This document shows positions 50,360 through 62,671 of a stretch of DNA of 64,000 bases, one piece after another (positions within the stretch are counted from its first letter, which is position 1; each line of letters starts with the position of its first letter). The DNA is taken from assembly GCF_009914755.1 (NCBI RefSeq), contig NC_060932.1; one strand, 5' to 3'. The translations under genes and the position numbers were made by a program. Under the pieces are notes generated by a model. The model was not told the DNA's origin and did no database searches. It saw only the letters and a program-made list of their open reading frames with translations. The stretch is from the human T2T-CHM13v2.0 reference genome, Homo sapiens.

Positions 50360-53162
50360 TCACTTCTTGCTTTTGAACGTGCCCAGGATCTTGGGCACGA
50401 ACTTGCCCACCTTGCTGTCCCTGGTGCCCTCCTCCGCGGGGCCTTCCCCTGCCCCAGGGCTGCTGGCCTCCTCTTTCTTGCAGAAGACCTCGAAGCGGCT
50501 GTACACGCGCTTCTCCTTGCGCATGCTCTCCATGCGGCGCAGCAGCCGATCGCGCTCCTCCGCGCTGGCTGGCAGCGTGCGGCTCAGCCGGCCCTGGGTC
50601 CCCAAGCTGTCCGAGCGGAAGATGGCTGAACACTTGTCCTTGTCGGACATATCTGGGGCCAGGACGCCAGCAGCCGGTGGACGGCCTAGCTCGGGGCTGT
50701 TGTGGGTCGGGCCGGGGCTCGGGGCAGGGACCGCACGGTGCTTCTGGCCGTGGGCACTGATCTGCTCCAGAATGGCCTTCGTGTCATCCCGAAGGTTGCT
50801 GCTGTACAAGGCGTTGGCCGTGGCTGAGGACAGGCGCGCCCGCGGACCCCGCTCTTCTGTGGCAGCCTCCGTGCTGTCACCCTGGCCCAGTGACAGACGC
50901 CGCGGGCTCTCGGGTTGGCCGTTCTCCTGCGGCACTGGGAAGCCACCCTCATCCTCCATGCGCCGCTCGCCCTTGGGGCTCAGCAGCTGCCTAAGACGCA
51001 AGGAGCCTTTGCGCAAGACTTCCATGGGGCCGCTCGGCCCCTCCTCCGCGGGCCCGGCCTTCGGGGACTCCCCGGAGATGGTAAGGGTGAGGCTGCCCCT
51101 GCGCTCCGGCACGGGGGGCACCGGACTGCTCCTGCGCTCCGGCACGGGGGGCACCGGACTACCCCTGCGCTCGGGGTAGGCTGAGGTGGGGCTCCCCTTC
51201 TGCTCGATAAATCCTGTAGTTGGACTTCCTCTTCGAGTGGAAAACCCAGGCGTGGGGCTCCCCTTCCGCTCAGGGTAAGCCGAGGTGGGGCTCCCTTTTG
51301 ACTCATTATGGAGCACCTGGTGCGCTCCGGACCCTTCCAGCGGCAGAGGGCTGTCCAGCCCTTGCGGGGACGTTGAGTGGCTCTGGGCAGAGAGGAAGCG
51401 GGAAGGCAGGCGGTCGGAGCCGCTCCGGCCCAGTGTGTCGAGCAGCTGCGCCGCGGTGAGCGACGCGGCTCCCGGCTGCCGCTCCGCCTCCTGGTGCAGC
51501 TGCTGTGCAAAGGAGTCGCGCAGGTCCAGCAGGCAGCTCTCGAGGCTGCGGCGCTCGCCCCCCACGGCACCTGGGGCCGCCACCTCTTCCCGCCACGCCT
51601 GGGACACGACGGCCTTGCTGTGGCTGGCAACGGTGATGGCGCCCGCGCCGCCGCCGGGATCACGGGCTGGGCCCTTGTACTTCTCCAGCAGCTCCGCCAC
51701 CTTGGTGGAAGCCGCGGAGCGCACGGCCTCTCCGCCGGGCCCCAGCGTCTCGCTGACCGTCTGCTCCTTGTGCAGCAGCTGCACCTTCTCAGTGGCCGCC
51801 GCAGCCCCGGCCGCGCCCTCGGCCTGTGACGTGCTGAAGATGAGCGAGGAGCGCAGCCTGGAGCTGCGCTGGACCAGGGGGTTCAGGCGCGAGCGGAATG
51901 AGTCCTGCTTGGCCAGGCCAGGCTCCTCCGGGCCCTCGCGCTCTGGGCCGTTGCCGCCGCTGCCCGGGCCTGGCACCGGGACCTTGGTGGGGAAGGCTGC
52001 TGGGACGCGGAAGGCCGAGGGGAGCAGGTCGCCGGCAGGTGCCCGGCCCCCGGGAGCCAGCACGTCGTCTTCATAAGCCTCCGCTTCCATGGGCGCCGGT
52101 AGGCCGTCGTCGCCCCCATCCTCGCCGTGGCAGCCGCTCAAGTAGGAGGCCAAACGCCAGCGCCGCAGCCCTGCCCGCCCCTCGGGCCCGCCCCTGCGCT
52201 CCGGCTCCGCCTCGGGAGCGGGGTCTGGGCCCGGCCTCGCCGCGGCCTGGCATGGGAAGCGCTGGGTCAGGTTGGGGCGCGGGGCTCCGCTGGGCTCCAG
52301 GCCGCGGGGTCCGGGCGCGAAGGCGGGGTCCGAGCCGTGGCGCACCTCGCGGGACGCGCTGGACGGCACGTAGTCCAGCCGCTGGTGCCCGTCGGGTCCG
52401 AGCTCCGGGAAGCGGGGCCCGGCGCCCAGGGTGAAGTCATCCGGGTCCGCGAAACCCGCGCGGCCCCCGCGAAGCTTCTCGAACAGGCCTTGCGGGCGCG
52501 CCGGCGTGAGCTGCGGGTCCCACTGGTACTGCTGCTGGTAGAGCTGGTCACGGTGGAAGTGGCTGGTCTGGAAGCGGAAGTCGTCGCCGTAGCTGAGGAA
52601 CGTCTGCCGCGACACCTGCCGCGCGGCCGCGAAGTTCTCCACGGCGCCCGCGCCCTCGGTCGCGAAGCTGTGCCGCTTGAAGGCGTCCATCTCCAGGTGC
52701 CGCGCCTGGAAGAAGCCCCGCGCGCCCGCGAGCTCCCCAGCCGGCCCGGCCTCGGCCTCCAGGCGCCGCGAGAGCGGCCGCAGCCCCGCGTGCGGTTCCA
52801 GCGCGCCCCCCGGCATCCGCGGCGGCTCCTCCCGGCGGAAGGCCGACAGGAAGTGGCGGTCCGGGTCGAGGAAGGAGGGGAAGCCCAGGCCCTCTTCCCG
52901 GGGTGGCGGGAACAGGAGGTGCGCTCGTTTAGGGAAGGAGAAGGGGGTTGGCGCCCCGACCCCAGGGACGCCCACGAGAGGCCCGGCCCCGGCATACGGA
53001 GCCAGGGCATAGGCGTCCATGCGGGCCAGGGCCGCGGCCGAGGGCACAAGCGGCTCGGACTGCGCGAAGAGGATGCGGAACTCCTCGTCGAAGCTGGAGA
53101 CCAGCTCTCCTTGGAACACGTGCGCCAGGCTGCGGTGGATCTTCTCAAAGGACCACATGAAG
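50360..53162 (-). CDS. FAM83H: FAM83H final large coding exon
   Basis: Acceptor CCACAG/C TTC ATG TGG; 932-aa ORF with FDEEF CK1-docking motif ending GTFKSKK; the four coding exons total 3540 nt = 1179 aa + stop. Confidence 0.96.
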
Positions 53163-53405
53163 CTGTGGGGGGGTCAGGGCCAGAGTCAAACCGAGCTGGA
53201 GCGAGGGCACTGCAGCCCCGTGGGCAGCGGGTGGGGCGGGGAGGACGCAGGGATGTGAGGTCTGCAAGGACCTGGGCCCGGCTAGGCTGTGCAGGGGTCT
53301 ACAGGACAAGGGCTCCTGGCGAGGAGGGCCCTGGTGTGGAAAGGGGGTGCTGGGGTTACAGGAGGAGGCCCCAGAGAAGGGGGTGAGGGAGCCCCGCGGG
53401 CGCAC

Positions 53406-53530
53406 CTGTAGCTCCCACTCATCACCACGGCACAGTCCACCAGCAGGAACTTCTCCTTGACGTGGCCCTTGAAGGACTTCCCAGTGCGGCAGTAGTAGGT
53501 GGGGCCCGCCACAGTCCGTACGCGCAGGAA
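53406..53530 (-). CDS. FAM83H: FAM83H coding exon 3 (DUF1669/PLD-like)
   Basis: FLRVRTVAGPTYYCRTGKSFKGHVKEKFLLVDCAVVMSGSYS. Confidence 0.94.
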
Positions 53531-53597
53531 CTGGGGAGGGAGGGGAGTCAGATCTCTCCCACGGGTCCTCCCCAATCTCCCACTCCCGGGAACTCAC

Positions 53598-53762
53598 ATC
53601 CACGTGGTGCAGGTTGACACGGCACTTGTCGGCCATGTCCAGGAAGTGCTGCGCGTTCATCTCATCCAGCAGGATGTAGACTGGGACCCGACGGGCCGCG
53701 GCCTCCAGCACTTCGCTGAGCAGGTCCACATCAGTGAACATGTCCATCACCACGGCCACCAC
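53598..53762 (-). CDS. FAM83H: FAM83H coding exon 2 (DUF1669)
   Basis: VVAVVMDMFTDVDLLSEVLEAAARRVPVYILLD..HVD. Confidence 0.94.
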
Positions 53763-54574
53763 CTGCAGGGGCGGGTCAGGACGGAGAGGAGAGGCCCCTG
53801 CTGTCCCCACACCATTGTCCAGCCTCCCCTCCACACCCGGGAGGTGTCTGGATCACCCACGACCACTGTGAAACAAGCTAGTCCATCCTAGGGAGTTGGC
53901 GCCACATCTGGGAAGATGGGCAGGAAGAAGGGACCAAACAGAAGAGGTGTGGAACGGCTGGCCATAAGGGGGAAACCGAGGCAGGTGCAGGGCAGAGAAC
54001 CCTGGATGAGGGTGGGCCAGGATGGGGCACGGCAAGGGCCCCTCAATCCCCTCCACCCTACAGACGGCTGAGCTGCCCCCATTCCAGGGCAGCTGTCAGG
54101 GCCAAGTGCCAGGCTCCAGTTCTGCCCTGGGACGGGGTTGTTGCCCTGGGCAGGGGAGAAAGTCACAAGCCTTTAGCGTCTGGACCTCATGCCTCAGTCG
54201 CTATGGTTTAACAGCACCTTCCGCCGTCTGCTAGCTGTTTGGTGATGGTTAGAAGCCCTCAGCTGGCCAAGGGCCACCGGGCAGGATGAGAGGTAATTAT
54301 CTGAACAATGAACCCAGGCTGGTGGGGTGCCCACCCATCCCCAGAGCCCCCGAGTTTCTGGGCACTGGCCATGACCACAGGCAAGCAGACCTGTGCAGAG
54401 CCTGCAGCCCCTGATGACCGAGACCTGGCAGCCCTGAAGATCTTTGCCAGGGACCCCCACTCCAGCTGGAGCTCAGGCTCACCCCTCAAGCTGATCATGC
54501 TCATGCATCTCCTCCACCCCCGTGCCTCTAGCCCAGGCCCCTCCCCCACTACCCTCAAGCCCAAGATGGCGCAC

Positions 54575-55021
54575 CTGCTGGGCGGAACGGATCATCCTGC
54601 GGGCCTCATCCTTGATACTGGGGCTGTCGGGGGGCGGTGGCTGCACCAAGGTGGTCACCTCGGTGCCCTGGAAGCCGAAGGTCAGAGGCCAGCCCAAATC
54701 AAGCTCAGGCACGGCCTGGTCTGAGTTCACTGGCCAGTATGTACCCGAGGAGCCATCCATGTCCACGTCGAGAAGGCTGCCTTCAGGTGGCTCTCGGGTA
54801 ACATACTGCGGAGGCCGAAGGTGTCGGCTCACATGTTCCAGCTCTTCAGGGCACAGGAAGTCTGGTGCCCCCTCGGTAGCGAGGAAGCGGCTGTAGGCCT
54901 CCGAGCCACCCTCGGCCAGTGCATCCACCGCCAGGCGGTAGTACTCTTTGTAGTGAGGCGGCAGGTACCCGGGTGCCAGTGGGTTGTCCCCCTGCGAGGA
55001 GCTCTGAGAGCGACGGGCCAT
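54575..55021 (-). CDS. FAM83H: FAM83H coding exon 1 (exon starts at acceptor 55036)
   Basis: MARRSQSSSQGDNPLAPGYLPPHYKEYYRLAVDAL..SGTYWP..IRSAQQ, donor CAG/GTGCGC. Confidence 0.95.
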
Positions 55022-55289
55022 GTTGGGGCCAGGGGCCTGGAGGGGCAGGGAGACACATGACTAGGGGTGGGGGCACTGGGACCACTCCTACCCTCGAGCA
55101 TGGACACACTGTGGAAAGGGCCGTCAGTGACTTGGGTAGGCTGGAGTTTAGCCCATGCCCAGGAGGCCTTCCAGGGCACCAGCCGAACCAGGCTCACAGA
55201 GAGCAACCCAGACCCTAGGATGCCCCTAGCTGAGGGGACACTGGCAGAGGGCTGGGGCACAGGTATCCCAGCCCTGTCTCTCCTTTCTC

Positions 55290-55587
<298 letters not shown>

Positions 55588-57449
55588 TTAAAGACAAACA
55601 ATCCAGGCTGCATTCATCATTATAATATTCACTTTTTTCTTATTTTAAGACATTCACGGACCCCTGGCACTGTGCCTACTGGACAAGCTGGTGCCGCCCA
55701 TGCTGCCCATGTGTCCGTCTCTGACTGCCTGGGAGACTGTGGGTAGGTCACTGCACCTCTCTGGCCTACCTCTACTGCACAACACAGCTGAGGGTCCACA
55801 TGACACCACGCCTAGCCCAAGGTGAGCGCAGCAAACAGGGCTGTGACTACCCTCCTCCTGGAATGGCAACCTTAAGCCCCACACATAGTCCCGGGCCACA
55901 CCTCCTCCCCATCCTCAGGGTTTCACAATTGGGCTCCCACAGCCCATTCTATGACCGCCCAGTCCTGGAACACTGATCCCTAGACTCCGTCCCTGTCTCC
56001 CAGCACCCCCTCCTTCCCTTGGCCTACCTTTGACCTCTTTCTTGTCACTGTCCCTCTCAGATAAAACCTCCCTGGGCCACAGCCCCTTGGTGCCCACAGG
56101 GCCCTGCAGGGCCTGCACTCCACATCGCCCAAATCTGGCTCTCCACTTGCTCAGAGTCCTGTCCCCACCAGCCCCCATCCAGGGCAGCAGGGACCTTTCC
56201 AGGTCCTGGGCTCGCCACCACCATCCATGCTTGGCTGCCCCACAGCCCACTCTGTTCTCCAAAGGGTCCCTGCGGGGGCCTGGCCTCTCCAGAAAGGTGT
56301 CAGATGGGGAGCGCCCAGGGCCCACGCACACAGGGTCACTGAGCTACCTGGGTACCTCTCCCTGGAAGGAGAGCCCTAGGGACTGCTCAGTCCATCCCAC
56401 TGCTCCTCGGGTTGGGGAGGGAGGCAGGACACCTGTCCCCGCCTAGCACACAGGTTCCTGAATGTTGGCCCTGGCTAGGAAGGTGCCCAGAGGAGCGTGC
56501 CCCTGGGCACTGACAGGATGGATGCCGGCCAGCTGGACTACATGGGTGCTAGCCGGAGCCACTTGGCTGAGAATGTTGGGGTCAGGAGGCAGCCGTCCTG
56601 CCTGGTGCCCCTGGGGGTGACATGGAGTTGAGACATGGGAAATACCTGGTGCCACTCAACAGCCCTAGATGCCAACCGGCTTGGGAGAAGCTGTCCCAAC
56701 ATTTCTTTGTTGGGGCACCGTCCTCATGGTTGACATATGGGGCTGGTTAGGGCACACCGCTCTGGTTGTGCCAGGGGCAGATCGAGGCCAACCACATGGG
56801 GGTGAGGTGTAGGCCTGTCTGGCTGGGCCGAGGAGCCCACTCACCATTGCCAGCCTGTCTGTAGGGGCGGTGTCTGACCATACAGGGCAGGGGGAACAAC
56901 CCTGCTGATGTTGTTTGAGGGTACTTCCCGACACTGGGGGGACACTCTAGAAAGGACCCCCACTGTCCCTTTGGATTTCAGTGTCCAGGCTCCAGGCTGT
57001 GTGTAATGGGGGCAGGGACCATCCAGACGGTGGAAGCCCCCGTGGCCAGGAGCCCTCCCAGCAGACATGCCTCGTCCTCACAGGGTGATGCCCAGACCTC
57101 CAACTGCTTCATTCCTCACGTCGTCTCCTTTCATGGGTACGTGTCTCCTGGGCTATGGACGGGGCTGCAGCCACTCCCGAGCCCAAGATGGAGCACCCCA
57201 GTGGCCTGCATGCCCACACATTTGCCTACCAAACGTCTGCCCAAGGGAGGGAGGGCGCGGAACCCACCCATGGGCAATGACTCAGCACGAATCCACTCTT
57301 CTGCTTGCTGACCCCTGACCTCTGACTCGAAGTCAGGGCCCTCAGCTGGCCTTCAAGGACCCCATCCTCTCCACCCTGGCAGGAAGTGGGGTTCCTGAGT
57401 ATCTGGAAGGAGGACCCCATGGAAGGATCTGGAGTTCCTACACAAAGTG

Positions 57450-58760
57450 GGGTGAACCTGTGCCAAGTTCCGATGGGCGCAGGAGGGCGCGGAGGCTCTA
57501 GGCGGCGGAAAGGTGGGGTGCGGAGGACGGGGCTCACAGACCGGAAGTCGCTCAGTGATAACTTGCGGAGTGGGCACCCCAGCCCCCAACGGGGTCAGTG
57601 CACCCTACGAGCTCGCGGCTGCGGCCGCTGGGTGCCCTATCCGCCCACCCCAGCCCAGGAACGTGGGCGCGAGGGGCAGCACTCCCATCACTCGCCCTGC
57701 TCGCCACGCGGGGATCCAGGCCGCACCCTGGCCACCCCAGTCCACGGCGGCCCGGGCGGATGTCCCCAGGGAAGGGTCCAGGCCGTGCCCAGCACCCAGA
57801 CTCCAGCTAGGCCGCGAGGGCGGGAGCGAGTCGGGACGGCCGGGCAGGCTCGACCCGGATCCCGGGCCCCTTCCCCCTCGGCTCTTTTCGGGCCGGCGTC
57901 GTGCGGGGGCGCTCGCGTCCATATCCGCACAGCGGCGCCCCCTGTCCGAGCAGCCCCGCCACCCCGGCCCCGCGCACGCGGCCGCGCTCCACTCCCACCG
58001 CCCCTCTCTGGGTCGCGCGGCCCCGGCCCAGGTGTGGGCGCAAGGGTAGCCCAAGTGGGACCGCGCCAAGGGGCGCCCGCCCCCCGCCTCGCCCCGCCCC
58101 GCTCGGGCCGGGGGAGGGGGGCCCTACCTGGCCAGGTGCGCGGGGTCTCGGCACAGGGGCAGCAGGAGCCGACCGCCGCCCAGCGGCCTCGCGGTCCGGT
58201 CGGTCCGGCAGCCACTCCCTGCCGCGGCCCGCCCGGCCTGATTCACGCGCCCGCCCCCGCCCCGCCCGTCGCTCCTGCCTCCTGCCTGCCCGGGCAGCAC
58301 CTGGGGGCGGGGCAGCCCCACCCGCGGCGCGCCCGCATTCCTGCGCCCCGCGCCCGCCGCCAGCCCCAGCCCGCGCCCCCGGCCCGCGCCCCGACCCGCC
58401 CGTGCCCTGCGGCCGCGCGCCCGGAGACCCCGGCCCAGCGCCGCCGGAGACCGTGAGGCCCGCACTTCAAAGACCCCGACCCCCGGGAGCCCAACTGTTG
58501 ACCCAAGGCTCAAAGTTCCCAGCCTGACCCCTGACCCTCGCCCCGGAAGTCGGGGTGACTCGGAAGTTCCGGCTCAGTCGCTAGGAAACGAGCGAGCCCG
58601 ACGCCAGGGGCGGAGCTCTGGCCTCCTCGCCGAGTTGGGGGAGGCAGGTGCGACAGGTGAGGACGGTGGGGCGGCGTCGAGCCCCGGGCGGGGCCGGGTC
58701 TGGGAGCCCCGAGAGCACAGGGGATCCCCTCACCACACACCGGTCTCCCACCGCACCAGC
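57450..58760. promoter_or_regulatory. Bidirectional CpG-island promoter of FAM83H (non-coding exon ending at donor 58128, -) and IQANK1/FAM83H-AS1 (+)
   Basis: Very CpG-rich, GC boxes; minus-strand donor CAG/GTAGGG at 58128/58127; plus-strand donor CAG/GTGAGG at 58656/58657. Confidence 0.8.
57520..57590 (-). ncRNA. MIR4664: MIR4664 precursor hairpin (FAM83H intron 1)
   Basis: Minus strand GTTGGGGGCTGGGGTGCCCACTCCGCAAGTTATCACTGAGCGACTTCCGGTCTGTGAGCCCCGTCCTCCGC folds into a stem-loop and matches the recalled pre-miR-4664. Confidence 0.8.
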
Positions 58761-59801
58761 GCCCCACACGTAGACGAGGACCCCGCCCACACAGAGGACC
58801 CCCAGACCCCAACCCCCACCACACACACTGATGCCCACAAGTACCTGGGGTCCCCCATCTTTCTCCCTCACCCCCTCACACCGATGCCCACACTTGTAGG
58901 GGACTCTGCCGCAGTGACCCCCCCATGCACATGCGGACCCCGAATGACCTGTGCCTCATGTACACCAACCCCCAAGCACAGGAGACTCCTCAGGAAGACA
59001 GAAGCCACAAGCACACCGAGTCCTGCCCATGCCAGTCACCCACGAACACGCTGACATCCGCACACCTAGGGAACCCCACCTGCATATGAGATTTCTCAGA
59101 CACCAACCCCACACACAAACAGGGGATGCCATATTCACACTGACTCTGAGAGCACAGGGGACCTCCCTCACATACGGAACCCTGTGTACACACAGGGACT
59201 CTGCAAAAACCAAGCCCCAACGGACAAGGGACCCAGTGTGCACACCAAGCCTCATACCAGACGCCCCCCCATGTACACAGCAACCCCCACACACCACCCC
59301 GAGCTGCCCCTGGGTGCTCCAGTCCCCCAGGTCCCCCTCAGGCCCTCACTTAGGGCCCCTCCCCCTCTTAGGCCCTGCCCTACACTGGATCATCTGTCCA
59401 AACCACCACCCCTCGCCCCTGCCACTCCCACCCCAAGGACTGGCCCTGCCTCAACCCTTTCTGATGGTCATCAGTCGCCTTTCTCTTTGTTCCTCTTGCC
59501 ATGTGATCCTATTTTCTGTTTTCAGGGTCAGTCCCAGTTTCATTTGTTCTTTCCCCAAACACTCAGTGCCACCCCACTGGTACCAGCATGCTGGAAACAT
59601 GGGTGGGGGGTCAGACCAGTGCCCAGGCAACTGTGCTGCAGCGGGTGAGGGGCATGGGGCACCGGGGAGGACCCGGACAGGCTGGGGCAGGCAGGAGGAG
59701 CCTCCCAGGGAAATGAACTTGGGGGTCAGCTGTGTGGACTAGGGAGAGGGGTATTGCTCCAGGGCCTGACACCACCATCTGCCAGAGCCGGGACCACATA
59801 A

Positions 59802-60389
<588 letters not shown>

Positions 60390-60578
60390 TGACCTCCAGA
60401 GCACTGTCACCCAGACACTGACCTGTGAGACCTTCTATGTAGCCACCGAGAGACACCCCCTCTGAGGAGAGCCCTTCTTCCAAGAGTGGCTTTTAGGGGA
60501 CCTCTGAGTTGGGATTAGGTGTGATTGACTGAGGGTTCAGAGCCCATTCATTCATCTCAGACCTTGAGCCTGAATCTA

Positions 60579-60885
<307 letters not shown>

Positions 60886-62083
60886 TGAATCTTATACCCC
60901 TGGGGTTGGGGTGGGGGCCTAGGGGTAGCACTCAGAGAAGCCCAGCTTTGGAACACATGGAGGTGGGAAGGGGGCAGGAGCCAGTGGGAGGCGCCTAGAT
61001 GGCCAAAAATGGGTTTTGAAACAGGAGGGTTTGAGTCCAAGTTGGGGATTCTCAGTCTAAGCATGTGTTCTCTGACTCTCTGCTCCATCTGGGCCATCCT
61101 GTGCTGCCCTCTGCCTGCGGCTTTGCTCCCAGTCACCTTCTCCATAGTCACTTCCAGGTTGGATGGTGACAGCTCACCTGGGCTGGGTTTTCCTGTGGGT
61201 CAGGAAGGAGACTTCCCCCAGTACCCTCCCCCACCCCAGCCCCGCCTTCACTGTTGTCACTCCCTTGCTCCAGCTCCCATTTATTCTCTATGCTGGCTGT
61301 GAACACATTCCAGGTTGCAAATCTGGGGTCCTTCAGCACCCAGGCCTGCACTGGGGTCTGTGCTTGCTAAGAGAGCACCCCATCCTGCTCCCCAGACTGC
61401 CCCTCTGCTTAGAGTGGGCCTGGCCTAACACCCCTGGTTGCCAGAGAGCTCCCAGATTCACAGGAGCAGGTGGGATGATGGTGACCGCTCCTCCACGCCA
61501 GGCTGGGGTTAGATCCTAGTTCCCCAAAATAGCCCCAGCTGCGTCTGAGGCCAGCCGCCCTCCTGGAATGAGGATAATGGGCACAGGTGCCGCATGCTGC
61601 TTCCGCAATCTCTAGCCCTGAGTACACTGCACTCCAATAAACGGGGGGCAGGGCAGGTGGACCAGCAAGGCAGCCAGGAAACTGGGTTGCAGGGGTGGGG
61701 GCTGTGCTCTTCAGTTCTGCTACCTACTGACTGCACACCCAGGCCTTCGCCCTGCACCGCAGCCCATACACTGCCCTGGACGGCTCTGGCCCAGCATGCC
61801 TGGGTCTGCTGCAGGGACACCTCTGTCCCTGAACAAGTATCTGCCCTCAGTGCCCATTTCCACCAAGCATTGGGCCAGCCTGGGCAGGCTTGCTGTCCCT
61901 TGGTCTTGCAGTGCCCTGTGTGGCGGGCACCGGCTTCACTTGGCAGATGTGAAGATGGGCCCACAGATACCCTGCATCCAGCCTGGCTTCCTGGGCCTCC
62001 ACAGGCATCCCTAGGTTGCTGCAGTGGCCACCGCACCAACACAACAGTCCGGGACCCCTCCCGCCACCCCATCCAGGCCTTAC

Positions 62084-62671
62084 CTGGCCTTGGGTCTGCA
62101 GTGCTTCGAAGCCCTCACTCCGGAGCTGCTCCAGGGCCACGGCCAGCTGCAGCCCCTCCACGTGTACCCAGGCCTGCTCCTCCTGTAGCTGCTGCAGCCA
62201 CAGCTGCTCCTCCTGTAGCTGCTGCAGCCATAGCTGCTCCTCCCGCCACAGCTGCATCTGCAGCTGGACCTGCCGCCACCGGTCCTCCAGCAGCAGCTGC
62301 TCCTGGGCCAGGCACAGCTGGACCTCATGGAGCCTCAGCAGTTCGGGGCCCAGGGCCGGCATGGGGTCCCCTGCTCCACAGCCTTCCATGTGCCCAGCAA
62401 GGACCAGCACCAGCTCAGACCCCGGAGCAGTGGCCGGCACCGGTCTCGAGGCTGCCTGTGGCTGCTCTGGCCTGGCCACCCTGGGGTGTCCCTGAGGTGC
62501 TGGCTCGATGCTGGTCACGTGCCCTGTAGGGGCCACCCCCGCTTCACCCTGAGGGCCCCCTGGGGTGGGGGGCGGGGGCTCGACCTCAGGGCCCTGCTGC
62601 CCAGCTGCCGGCTGGGCCCTGCCTGCCCTCCTGGCCCGGGGTTTGCGAACTCGACTTCGTTTCCCAGACAT
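62084..62671 (-). CDS. FAM83H: Candidate alternative first coding exon of FAM83H (196 aa, basic/Pro-rich N-terminus + Q/L/E coiled coil)
   Basis: GCCATG start, open frame to strong donor CAG/GTAAGG (phase 0), in frame with acceptor 55036 (APGPN-MARRS); TATAAA on - strand at 62922-62927. Confidence 0.65.

Noticed and set aside
50307-53386. Long + strand ORFs (290, 263, 419 aa) opposite FAM83H
   Set aside because: Antisense shadows of a very GC-rich coding exon
57386-58527. 356-aa and other Pro/Arg/Gly-rich ORFs
   Set aside because: Expected artefact of a CpG island with few stops
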